Source: Anthoceros angustus (Eukaryota > Plantae > Anthocerotophyta). From it: a stretch of 64,000 nucleotides of DNA. The notes beneath the pieces are model-generated. The model saw only the letters and a program-made list of their open reading frames with translations, searched no databases and had not been told where the DNA came from. The translations under genes were made by a program, and so were the position numbers. Below are positions 39,436-50,309 of this stretch, one piece after another. The DNA is taken from positions 744,001 through 808,000 of the forward strand of contig VJWM01000025.1 in assembly GCA_010909165.1 (NCBI GenBank), in the 5' to 3' direction. The stretch's first letter is position 1. Every line of letters begins with the position of its first letter.

Positions 39436-39885
39436 CAATCAATTAATTATCTTGTTCCATCGGAACTCTCTTCACACACTAATCTTTCAATTTAGTAACT
39501 CACTTTACAGATTTTTACTTCAGATATTTAAATTAATGTGTAACATGGCCTCGTAGACTTAAATTAATTAATCAGATATGTTCGTATCCATTTCGCATGC
39601 ACAATTTTGATGTGCTGTAATTCATAATACAAAATCTTAATCTTGGACTTATGAATTGAATCATACATTATTGGTTGTGATCTTTTGCAATTGTTTATTT
39701 TGTTAATCAGATAAAATCGATTGCAAAACAACTCACAATGTAGTATAATTAGTTTAGAATTTCTTATTTTAGTTGCATTAGCTTAGAGTTTCTTACTCTA
39801 GCTTGATTAGCTTGAGACCCTTCTTATTTTCAAAAGAATTTCTTGTTTTTTTATTGAATATAGTTCCGCGAATAAATATGATAAA

Positions 39886-40213
39886 AATGAAGAAATTTTT
39901 ATTATTATGGGATCTATGTTTAGTGGCAAGATAAGTTATTCATTAAAAAGCATACAATTAGAAAGAGAGGTAGGTAGATTAACAATCTTAGTTAAGTCTG
40001 ACAAAGATAATAATAATTCAATTAACGTGGCTGTAACAAATTCGGGAAAACAATTAGATTGTCTAACTATAGTCGAATTGAAGAACTTAAAGTCGACAAT
40101 AGGTGAAGTCCAATTTGATAGATTAGAGACTATTGATATAGACCCTCGCCCAATTATTCTTTGATTTGATAGAATTTTGTGAAGAAGCGGCCAACAAAGG
40201 AAAGAAAATTGTA
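39886..40213 (+). pseudogene. Thymidine kinase (TK1 family) 5' fragment, frameshifted and truncated
   Basis: EIFIIMGSMFSGK (P-loop), LVKSDKD and TIDID, then after a 1-nt shift AQLFFDLIEFCEEAANKGKKIV, equivalent to TK1 IGIDE(A/G)QFFxDxxEFC...GKxV. No intron in this fragment; it ends abruptly at a GC-rich block. Confidence 0.8.
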
Positions 40214-43200
40214 GAAAATCGCAGGTCGGCGCACTATGTGCAAGTAGCCATGGCGGGCGCTGGCCGGCCGGCGCCCTAGGTGCAAATGGCCGTGGACGGC
40301 GTGGGCCGGGCGCCTGGCGGAAGCGGTGAGCGTGGTGGCCGCCGGCCGGCGCCCTAGGTGCGAGTGGGCTGTGATAGGGGCTGGCCTGCCGCAACTTCCG
40401 CGGCGGTTCCTTGTTTGACCGCGGCCAATCTTTAAATATTTGGAAAAATATAGACACGCAATCGTGAGCAACTTCTTGCAGAACGCGCATATATGACTAA
40501 ACATCGCAACAAGAGTTATGTAGAGCTAGATAAGTATATTCTATTGGCGATTGATGGAATGGATGAGAAAAAGATGGAGATCCCGCACATTTTGAGGTGG
40601 CCAAAGAACTTGGATGAGGAATGCCGCGTTTCAGTTCATGTAGTGGGGCACAACTACACCCATAAGGTGAGAGTTTTTTTACACTATGCCAACCTCCGGA
40701 ATGATGCGAATTTGACTATTAGCGTCATACAAGATGTTATCCACAACTATGATGGTGTCTTGCCCAAGGTTCTTTATCTGCAGCTGGACAATACATGCCG
40801 TGAGAACAAGAACCAGCTACTATTTTCGTATCTCAACATGCTAGTGGACATGAGCACATTTGAGAAGGTGAAGGTGGGCTTCCTTCTAGTTGGCCACACT
40901 CACGATCAAATTGATCAAATGTTTTCATGCGAGAAAGAGATTGTTGTCATTGTGGAGAATAACATCGGGCTAGTGCTGGAGCGTCCTTGGAAGTGGTTTT
41001 CACGTGCAAAAGTGGAGCATACAGCCCGACCACTTCAAATGCTGGATGAAGCTTTGCTTGATGAGGCATTATTGAGGATCTCCACGCGTGATATGTACTT
41101 GAGGCATATCAAAATGCCTAAGGCAACATTGGGAAATACCGCCGATGAATGGGCCCATAACAGAAATCCGGAAGGGGATGTCTCTGGCAATGCCGTGCAC
41201 CACGGACACGCATAACAGACCATTCTGGATTGGGGAGGTCATTGATGCGAAACTAGATGCACCACGATCTCACTTTCTTATCCATTGGTATCAGACCGAG
41301 CACACAAATGCGTACGAAGGGAGATATGTGTAGGAATACATAATCGGTCAGAGTGCCAACCCATCTGATGTGATGCTGAGGAACAAAGGGAATAAGGTCC
41401 ATGACCCAAAAAACATACATGAGGTGTTTGTGAATGAAACAGTCATCCTGTATTATGGGTTTGTGTTGAAATATTTGTATGCGGTGGACAAAAAAGCAAT
41501 AAAGAATAAGCTCAGTGAGTTTCACGGCTTCATATAGCATGCGAATCAAAGTGCACATGAAGATAATGATGACAATGCTGGAGAAGCTGGACCAAGTGAT
41601 GACAAAGGATTGAACTCTGGGAATGAGTGAAACTTAGATCATGGATTGTCTCGGAGTCCCATACTGAATGCTCTACGTCTGCTTCCAGACGTTACCATGT
41701 TTTGGAGATACCCTGTCCGTGGCTTTTGTTGTATTCTTATTCAACTACATTTTCCTTCTGGAACCACGAATTTACGGTGGTCCCTTCCGCGAAATGGCTT
41801 CCCTTGGACCCCTTGAAAAGCTTGAACGCAAAGAAGCGCACACGCCTGCTGGCACACATTCTCAAATATGCCTACACACCATCACCGATGTGAAAGTGTT
41901 GTGAAGTCCCGATTTTCGGACATATGTATGGTAGAAAGGCGAGGAGATAGCAGTAAGTTTGTTGCACACAAAATTGAACAATCTATCGTTCCAGCACTAG
42001 TTCAAAATTACGCGAGAGGAGAAACCCGACTTCTGCCTTGTCATTGTCATCGAGCAACAAGATGCAATATCCCGCCTGGGAAACTAAAGTCGACAATAGG
42101 TGAAGTCCAATTTGATAGATTAGAGACTATTGATATAGACCCTCGCCCAATTATTCTTTGATTTGATAGAATTTTGTGAAGAAGCGCCAACAAAGGAAAG
42201 AAAATTGTAGAAAATCGCAGTCGGCGCACTATGTGCAAGTAGCCATGGCGGCGGCGCCTAGGTGCAAATGGCGTGGGCCAGCGGTGGTGGCGCCTGGCGG
42301 AAAAAGGTGGTGGCCGCCGGGCGCCCTAGGTGCGAGTGGGCGTGATAGGCACTGCCGCAACTTCCGCGGTTCCTTGTTTGACCGCTGCCAATCTTTAAAT
42401 ATTTGGAAAATATAGACACGCAATCGTGAGCAACTTCTTGCGTAACGCATATATGACTAAACATCGCAACAAGAGTTATGTAGAGCTAGATAAGTATATT
42501 CTATTGGCGATTGATGGAATGGATGAGAAAAGATGGAGATCCCACATTTTGAGGTGGCCAAAGAACTTGGATGAGGAATGCCGCGTTTGAGTTCATGTAG
42601 TGGGGCACAACTACACCCATAAGGTGAGAGCTTTTTTACACTATGCTAACCTCCGGAATGATGCAAATTTGACTATCAGCGTCATTCAAGATGTTATCCA
42701 CAACTATGATGGTGTCTTGCCCAAGGTTCTTTATCTTCAGCTGGACAATACATGCCGTGAGAACAAGAACCAACTACTATTTGCGTATCTGAACATGCTA
42801 GTGGACATGGGCACATTTGAGAAAGTGAAGGTGGGCTTCCTTCTAGTTGGCCACACTCACGATCAAATTGATCAAATGTTTTCATGCGAGAAAGAGATTG
42901 TTGTCATTGTGGAGAATAACATCGGGCTAGTGCTGGAGCGTCCTTGGAAGTGGTTTTCACGTGCAAAAGTGGAGCATACAGCCCGACCACTTCAAATGCT
43001 GGATGAAGCTTTGCTTGATGAGGCATTATTGAGGGATCTCCCACAGCGTGATATGTACTTGGAGGCATATCAAAATGCCGGAAGGCAACATTGGGAAATA
43101 CCGCCGATGAATGGGCCCATAACAGAAATCCGGAAGGGGATGTCTCTGGCAATGCCGTGCACCACGGACACGCATAACAGACCATTCTGGATTGGGGAGG

Positions 43201-44064
43201 TCATTGATGCGAAACTAGATGCACCACGATCTCACTTTCTTATCCATTGGTATCAGACCGAGCACACAAATGCGAAGGAGATATGTGTAGGAATACATAA
43301 TCGGTCAGAGTGCCAACCCATCTGATGTGATGCTGAGGAACAAAGGGAATAAGGTCCATGACCCAAAAAACATACATGAGGTGTTTGTGAATGAAACAGT
43401 CATCCTGTATTATGGGTTTGTGTTGAAATATTTGTATGCGGTGGACAAAAAAGCAATAAAGAATAAGCTCAGTGAGTTTCACGGCTTCATATAGCATGCG
43501 AATCAAAGTGCACATGAAGATAATGATGACAATCGGAGAAAATTTGGACCAAGTGATGACAAAGGATTGAACTGGGAATGAGTGAAACTTAGATCATGGA
43601 TTGTCTCGGAGTCCCATATCGAATGCTCTATCGACGTTACCATGTTTTGGAGATACCCTGTCCGTGGCTTTTGTTGTATTCTTATTCAACTACATTTTCC
43701 TTCTGGAACCACGAATTTACGGTGGTCCCTTCCTGGCAGAAATGGCTTCCCTTACAGACCCCACTCGAAAAGCTTGAAACGCAAAGAAGCGCACACGCTG
43801 CCTGCGTTGGCACACATTCTCAAATATGCCTACACACCATCACCAGATGTGAAAGTGTTGACAGAAGTCCCAGATTTTCAGACATATGTATGGCCGAAAA
43901 GGCGAGGAGATAGCAGGCAGAAGTTTGTTGCAGCTGTCAAAAAATTGAACAATCTATCGTTCCAGCACTAGTTCAAAATTACGCGAGAGGAGAAACCCGA
44001 CTGCTGCCTTGTCATTGTCATCAGGAGCAAACAGTATGCAATATCCCCGCTCTGGGAAACTAAA
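40087..44064. repeat. ~2.0-kb tandem duplication (second copy starts at about 42085)
   Basis: AAAGTCGACAATAGGTGAAGTCCAATTTGATAG occurs at about 40089 and 42086; both copies end at GGGAAACTAAAG. Confidence 0.92.
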
Positions 44065-44130
44065 GCTGGATTGGAGTTTCTGAATTTTGTCCCTACTGAG
44101 GAAATAACGGCTGCGCCTTTACTCTCATTG
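40214..44130 (+). mobile_element. Scrambled, tandemly duplicated transposase relic of the LQLDN..ENKN..GHTH.IDQ type (DUF7869-like, probably Sola-like DDD transposase)
   Basis: LPKVLYLQLDNTCRENKNQLLF.YL..KVKVGFLLVGHTHDQIDQMFS occurs at about 40760-40930 and 42717-42887, and PFWIGEV..IHWY follows. A GC-rich end carries repeated GGCGCCCTAGGTGC. The superfamily assignment is inference. Confidence 0.62.
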
Positions 44131-44782
44131 TGGGCTTGAGATAAGAAGGGAATGGCAGGTATCCTATCACCGACGGAAGGTGTGGCCCATTTAATTGCAG
44201 GAAGGGTTACGAGGATTGCGGCCATATGTGACAACTGAAGAGTATAAGTGGTGGGAAGCCTTCTAGGTGGGATTAATCCCATAGGTTCAGGATTGCGACC
44301 ACCATTCGACAGAGACATTGCTGGTTGGAAAGCAGTATCACCGCCGGGTGACACCCTTTTTTTCAAAGATGTTTTCCGGAATTAATCAAAAACGCTGTTT
44401 CAGGTCCCATTAAAAACCCCCTTTAGAGCTTATTAGTGGAAAACCCCCATTGGAATTATTCACCCCCTTCAAAAATATGTGTTCAAGCTGCTGATGGAAA
44501 CAGTCTGTGGTTCAATGCACTTTTGAGAGCAGATCCGAGAACATTACTTTCAAAGATGGTGATCTAAAAGCAGCAAGGAGCAGATCTGACAAAGTTATGC
44601 ATGTAAGGAATGACGTTGGGACTAGAGTTGATGTTTTGGGTAACCCTAAGAGTGGATTAGGCAGCACTGTGCATGGAAGCGGTGCCCTGAACGCACCCAC
44701 CAGCAAAACTGTTGATGTCATGCATAAGGATGGTGGTTTGAGCTCGCTTGTGGACCATGACAACAACACTGACATCGTTTTA

Positions 44783-45065
44783 GAGGAAGATGGCCGCAGA
44801 AGTTCGTTTCCTGCACACATGGGTGCTTAGAAAATTGGCACGGACACTATTTCAGAGGAAGATGCCCGCATAAGCTCGTTTCCTGCACACGGAGATGCTC
44901 AACAGATGAGCGTGGACAATGTTTGGGAGAAGACGCCTGCATAAGCTTGTTTCTTGCACATAGAGGTGCTCAACAAATCAGCGCAGACACTGTTTGGGGA
45001 GAAGACATCTGCATATATCAACTTGTTTCCTGCATACGAAGGTGCTCAAAAGATCAACGGGGACT
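44783..45065 (+). repeat. Degenerate ~72-bp repeat, about 4 copies, probably formerly coding (24 aa)
   Basis: GA(G/A)GAAGA...GTTTCCTGCAC...GGTGCTCAA...GGACA recurs at about 44783, 44855, 44926 and 44998. Confidence 0.65.
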
Positions 45066-46074
45066 CCTTTCAGGCATGTGTGGACACGAGCATTCAAACA
45101 GCCAATCGAGGTACAGGTACTCAAACAATCTGTGAAGATTTTCAAGCATATGGAGACACAAGCATACCCAGATAACTAGCGGAGGTGCAAGTGCTCAAAT
45201 AATCTGTAAAGGTGGAGATGTTCATATAGCTGAAAATTCAAGCACTCAAATGACCGGCAAAAGTGCAGGCACTCAGACACTTAACAAAAATGCAAAGGTG
45301 CAGGTGGTTGATGGAGATGCAACTGTTCGGATGATAAACGGTGATGTCCAAGCAGTTGGCGATGTTGTTTTAAGGATAGATGCTTGCACAGACCCATTCC
45401 ATACGGGACCATGTGATATTCCAATCAAGCACATTATTATTAACAATATAGTAATTTTAAGATTTAATTATACCTAATTTTCAAGGGATTTTGTAGGCAT
45501 AACCCAAAGCCCTATGCGCTGGAAAATTTGTAGGGCTGGAAATCGTTCGGCTGGGAAGTCGTGATGAGAAAGTGTTGTATAATGGCTCCGAATTCGCTTA
45601 AAAAAAATTCTATCGTGAATTACGCACGGAGAAATACATAGACACGGTCATCCCCAGCACGAGTTTAGTGGAACCACGAGTTCATGCAGTAGGCTCATGA
45701 ATGGTATGTCTCGAGTACCCCAAGCTGTAAATGGCCCATATATGTGTGTGAATATTAATATTGACAGGATATGAAAATGGAGCATTAATGAGCCGAAGAC
45801 CGTCCCGTCAAGAACCGTAGGGAGTTGTGCTGTAACGTCGACTCTTCTTGGAGACGTGTGGCTGACCTGCTCATGCTCAACAAGAGAAAATGACGAAATA
45901 CGTAACCGGTGGAAATGCAATTTAGGGATATCGCAAAAGCAGGAGAAACGCAAAACGGTGAGAGGGATGTTAGCCGAGGGAAGGGTAGTCGGTAACTACG
46001 AGCAAGTTTGAAAAATTGGTTAAGAGCTGTGCTAGTTCTGCTCCTCACGAGCTCACTCACGAGGTGAAGTCACC

Positions 46075-47565
46075 ATGTCAAGAACGGTGGTTCCGTGTAG
46101 ACGTCATCCCATGGGGAAGGTTGCCAACAGAGCAGCAGCAGCAGGGAGCGGGCAAACTCGGCGCTGCCGCGTCCTGCTGCTCCCGTTGCTGCTCCTGTTG
46201 CTGTTCGCAACTGGCATCGTCTCCTTCCACAACGCCGGAATTGCAATTCAGGAACATCGCGCTTCTGCAATCGCGGGTGCGGGAGCAGGAGGGGAGGAGG
46301 AGGAGGATCACAACAATCCCTTGAATCTGCACAGCAGCATCTCCATCTTCGTCTACGACCTCCCGCCTTCCTTCAACAGGAATTGGCTGCACGACGACCG
46401 CTGCAGAACGCATCTCTTCGCTGCGGAAGTGGCGCTGCACGGCATCCTGGAAGGCAGCCCCGTCCGCACTTTGGATCCTCGCCGTGCCGACTTCTTCTTC
46501 CTCCCGGTCTATGTTTCATGCAATTTCAGCACCAGATCTGGATTCCCGTCCCTAGGCCGCGCTGCGCAGCAGCTACGCGCGGCTGTCAACCTCGTCTCGC
46601 ACCGGCATCCTTACTGGAAGCGCAGAGGCGGCAGGGACCACATCTTTGTTGCGACTCACGACTTCGGCGCCTGCTTCCATGCATCCGAGGCTGCGGCTGT
46701 GGAGTCCGGGATTCCGCAATTCTTGTCCAAATCCATCATTTTGCAGACCTTCGGACAGCAAGGCCGGCATCCCTGCCAGGATCGCTCCCGCTCCGTCCAG
46801 ATCCCGCCGTATGTGCACCTCGACCCCCGGACACAGCAGCTGCCGCAGCCGAGCCCGGCCAGGGACATCTGGGCATTTTTCAGAGGGAAGATGGAGCTGC
46901 ATCCTCGCAACACAACCGGAGGCGGAATCTACAGCAGGCAATTCCATTCCTCCTTTCCAATCAATCAAGCGCCTTCTTGCATGCAACTGTCTTACAATTT
47001 TCTCCGATTCACATTGTGAAGCAGCAACATCTCCTCTTCTGTAGCTTACATGCATGCAGGACTGTTGAAAGTTTGCTGCAAAGTTTTCTCACAACGCTTT
47101 TGCTTTGCACAAATCGGCTGCAGGGGAGTGCGCACTACCTTGTGGCAGAAATTCGGCCACGACAGACGCTTCTTCATCAAACGCAAGAGGTCGGATGATT
47201 ACCAATTGGAGATGCTCCGATCCATATTTTGCTTATGCCCGCTGGGATGGGCCCCCTGGAGCCCTCGGATTGTGGAGGCTGTGATATTCGGTTGCGTGCC
47301 GGTCATCATCGCGGATGATATTGCCTTACCTTTCTCACAGGTTATCGACTGGCCGCGCATCTCCTTAAGGATACCAGAGAAGGATGTCCACCTTCTGGAC
47401 AAGGTATTGGAAACTATCACCTCCACCAACTTGTCCGCAATTCAGCGCGAGCTATGGAAGCCCTCCAACAGGCGGGCTCTCTTGTACAATAATCCCTCCA
47501 TCGTAGGCGATGCCTCATGGCAAATTCTTGACCACCTGTCCACGCTGAAAGCGTCCCAATCGTGA
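46075..47565 (+). CDS. IRX7: Exostosin-family GT47 glycosyltransferase, IRX7/FRA8/F8H-like (xylan synthesis), 2 exons
   Basis: N-terminal TM anchor; motifs IFVYDLP, HLFAAEVALH, VRTLDP..ADFFFLPVYVSCNFST..GFPS, DHIFVATHDFGACFH, AFFRGKMELHP and FCLCPLGWAPWSPRIVEAV; intron 46938-47123. Confidence 0.92.
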
Positions 47566-48274
47566 CCGATTGCAAGCTTGCACATCCTTCTTGTATACAG
47601 CATGTACGTTACACTTCCGCGGGGCCCTTGGACCTGTCAGTAGCTTGCTCCGTTAACCCCTTCTTCAGAGGCACCACATAATACTAATGCAGATTTATCA
47701 TCGATGTAATTGTTTTCCCATGTATATAGGATAGACGAGACAGGAAGTGGTGGTTAATTTTACTAATTTGTTTTTAGCGAAATCCTGAGATTTTATAAAT
47801 ATGCCAAAGTAGAATATGAAGACTTTATAAATACGTCAAAGTAGAAGATATGGAGTAATTCTATAGGGCACTTTAAATTGGATGAGATCTGGATTAATTT
47901 TTTTATCTCTAATATTTTTACACTTTATATCCTCTTTTTTTTGTTTCATCTATCTCTATTTATTTATATTATTTCTTTTTTCTAATTCCCTTTATTTATT
48001 TCTCATGCCTCATCCCTCCCCTCGAATGGAGCCCGCCTCTTCTACGAGAGTAAAGCACACCCCTTGTTGTCGGGCATATGATGTTTGAGCACCTGAGGAA
48101 TTACTTTCTCCCAAAAGATCCATCTAGTCACGTGGCTTTTTTGAGCCCTTTCTTTTCGGTGCTGCAATGGTTAAGGTGAGATGCCCCACTAGATCTCCCA
48201 AGTCATGGTGTCTAATAGGTTGGCCACTATGGACAAACCTCTCCCAGCTTTTGATGTGTGCCACTTGTGGTTAG

Positions 48275-48538
48275 GACGCCTTCATGCTGCTTATTAGCCA
48301 TAGTATTACCTTTCAGTGCCGCACTCTCCTCCTTTAGAGGGACGCCTTCATGCTGCTTATTAGCCATAGTATTACCTTTCAGTGCCGCACTCTCCTCCTT
48401 TAGAGGGACGCCTTCATGCTGCTTATTAGCCATAGTATTATCTTTCAGTGCCGCACTCTCCTCCTTTAGAGGGACGCCTTCATGCTGCTTATTAGCCATA
48501 CTATTGCCTTTCAGTGCCGCACTCTCCTCCTTCAGAAT
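48275..48538. repeat. 66-bp tandem repeat, 4 copies
   Basis: GACGCCTTCATGCTGCTTATTAGCCATAGTATTACCTTTCAGTGCCGCACTCTCCTCCTTTAGAGG starts at 48275, 48341, 48407 and 48473. Confidence 0.93.
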
Positions 48539-50309
48539 GAACGCCTTGCAGACTTTTAGGGCGTTGGCTAAAGAATTTGATAAATCTATCAAGTCATGTG
48601 CCAAAGCATACCATGCAAGGAAATATGGTGCGGGGCTATCTATCTTCTATTTCACAATATTCTTTTGGCAGCGGGTGTCCATTGCCCTCTAAAGGGCACT
48701 TGCAGAGGATATCTTAAATTGGGAACTGTTGGAGAAGCATCGGACACCCGCTCCAAAGGGCACTTGCAGGAATATCTTACGGACATGCATCCTCAACTGG
48801 TTCAATAATATATTGGCCATTCAATCTCCCTAGTTATGACATCTTAGACACTATAGGTGACTTTAGACATGAATGCTAATTCTTTATTTTAAATATAGCT
48901 TAGTTTCTCCTTCTTTCCTCTCCTTTACTTTAGGCATGAAGCATAAGAAGAAGAATTTACTTTAGGCATGAAACTTAATTGTTCCCAACTTTAGTGGTAC
49001 CCCTGGGGTCTCTTTCCTTAGTGGAAGTAAGGGAAAGATGGATGTCCGCTTTGCGATTGTGTCGGGAAAGAACCTCGTGCTTTTGAGATTGTGTCAGGGT
49101 GGAGATTGGGTTCACCAATCTCTCTTTCCTTAGTGGTGGTTAACTATGTACAGGTTCAATAATCCAACCCTGGTCGAAGGCTGGCTACTTCAGTTCACTT
49201 GGCTATGGCATCAAGGAAATTGTGCGAGCTGCAGATAGCATGTACCGAGATACGTGCTTGCCATGTATGTACAAAAGATATCGACTTGCTCGTTGTCACG
49301 CATGCGAGGCCTCGTGACGCGGCAGCCGATGCAGCCGGGAGCGTGACATAGAGCTGTTCAAACTAGAAGCCTCCGAGACTGCAAAATGCTCCGCCATGGC
49401 TCCTTCAATCCTCCTTCCTCTCTCAGGCTCTCGATGCTCCGTCTTCGATGCGCTCCTTTCCGTAGGACTGCTGAGGACAGCTGGCTTCTCCACAAGCAAT
49501 TCGGCGAGTGCTCAGAGCGTGAAGGTTCATACAAGATACAATTTTAAGTAGTCTCAACTTTTTCATGGGAGCAGATCATGGTTCTTAATCTTCAATTCAA
49601 CTGCTGCCTTGATTATATTGGTTCGCACGATCATATTCAGGAATCAAGAAAATGCGGTGGCATGGTGTGCAGAGTTCATCCATTCTGAAATCAGGGCAAG
49701 CACGGCTTCTGAGTTCTAGAGCCTGCATCTCGAAGTCCCATCCGGTGAGAAGTGAACTTGGAAAACTTGCACACGTGTACGTGGAAGATGCAGCAAAAGA
49801 TGATGACTGTATCTAGTCTCATGTGACGCATATTTCAGTACCCTGTCTGATCTCTGTCACATGGCTGCAGAGAGATTCTACAGCAAGGTGGAGCGGAAGC
49901 GAAAAGCCATGGGGCATAAGCACTCTAGGAACGATAAGGTACTGACGCCGGCCGGTCGGTGCAATGAGAAATTCTGAAATGCTGTGACAATATGCTTTTG
50001 GACATTCAAGATTGTGATGAACGCCCTCCAACAGTTGCTGCTTTGCTCTTGGACGCTTTGCGAATTGCCGAAAATTGCACACTGGCAGCAGTGGACAGTG
50101 GAGCGAAATAGAACCAGTGGGAGGCAACCTGTACAGTGAAACCGTCGCTCACCACGTATGATCAACCTAGATACTTCGGACCTTCGCGTGCACGCGCCCG
50201 TATTGTCGCAAGATTTATGGCACTGGGAACCAGATTTCTAGCTAGGACTTTGATCACGCTATGTAGTGATCAGATTTTCGTTATGCTTCGCGTCGCATGT
50301 GGTGAGCAG

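Noticed and set aside
44064-44080. GCTGGATTGGA as a possible resumption of TK (AGLD motif)
   Set aside because: It reads in frame with the transposase relic (WETKAGLEF) and no further TK motifs follow.
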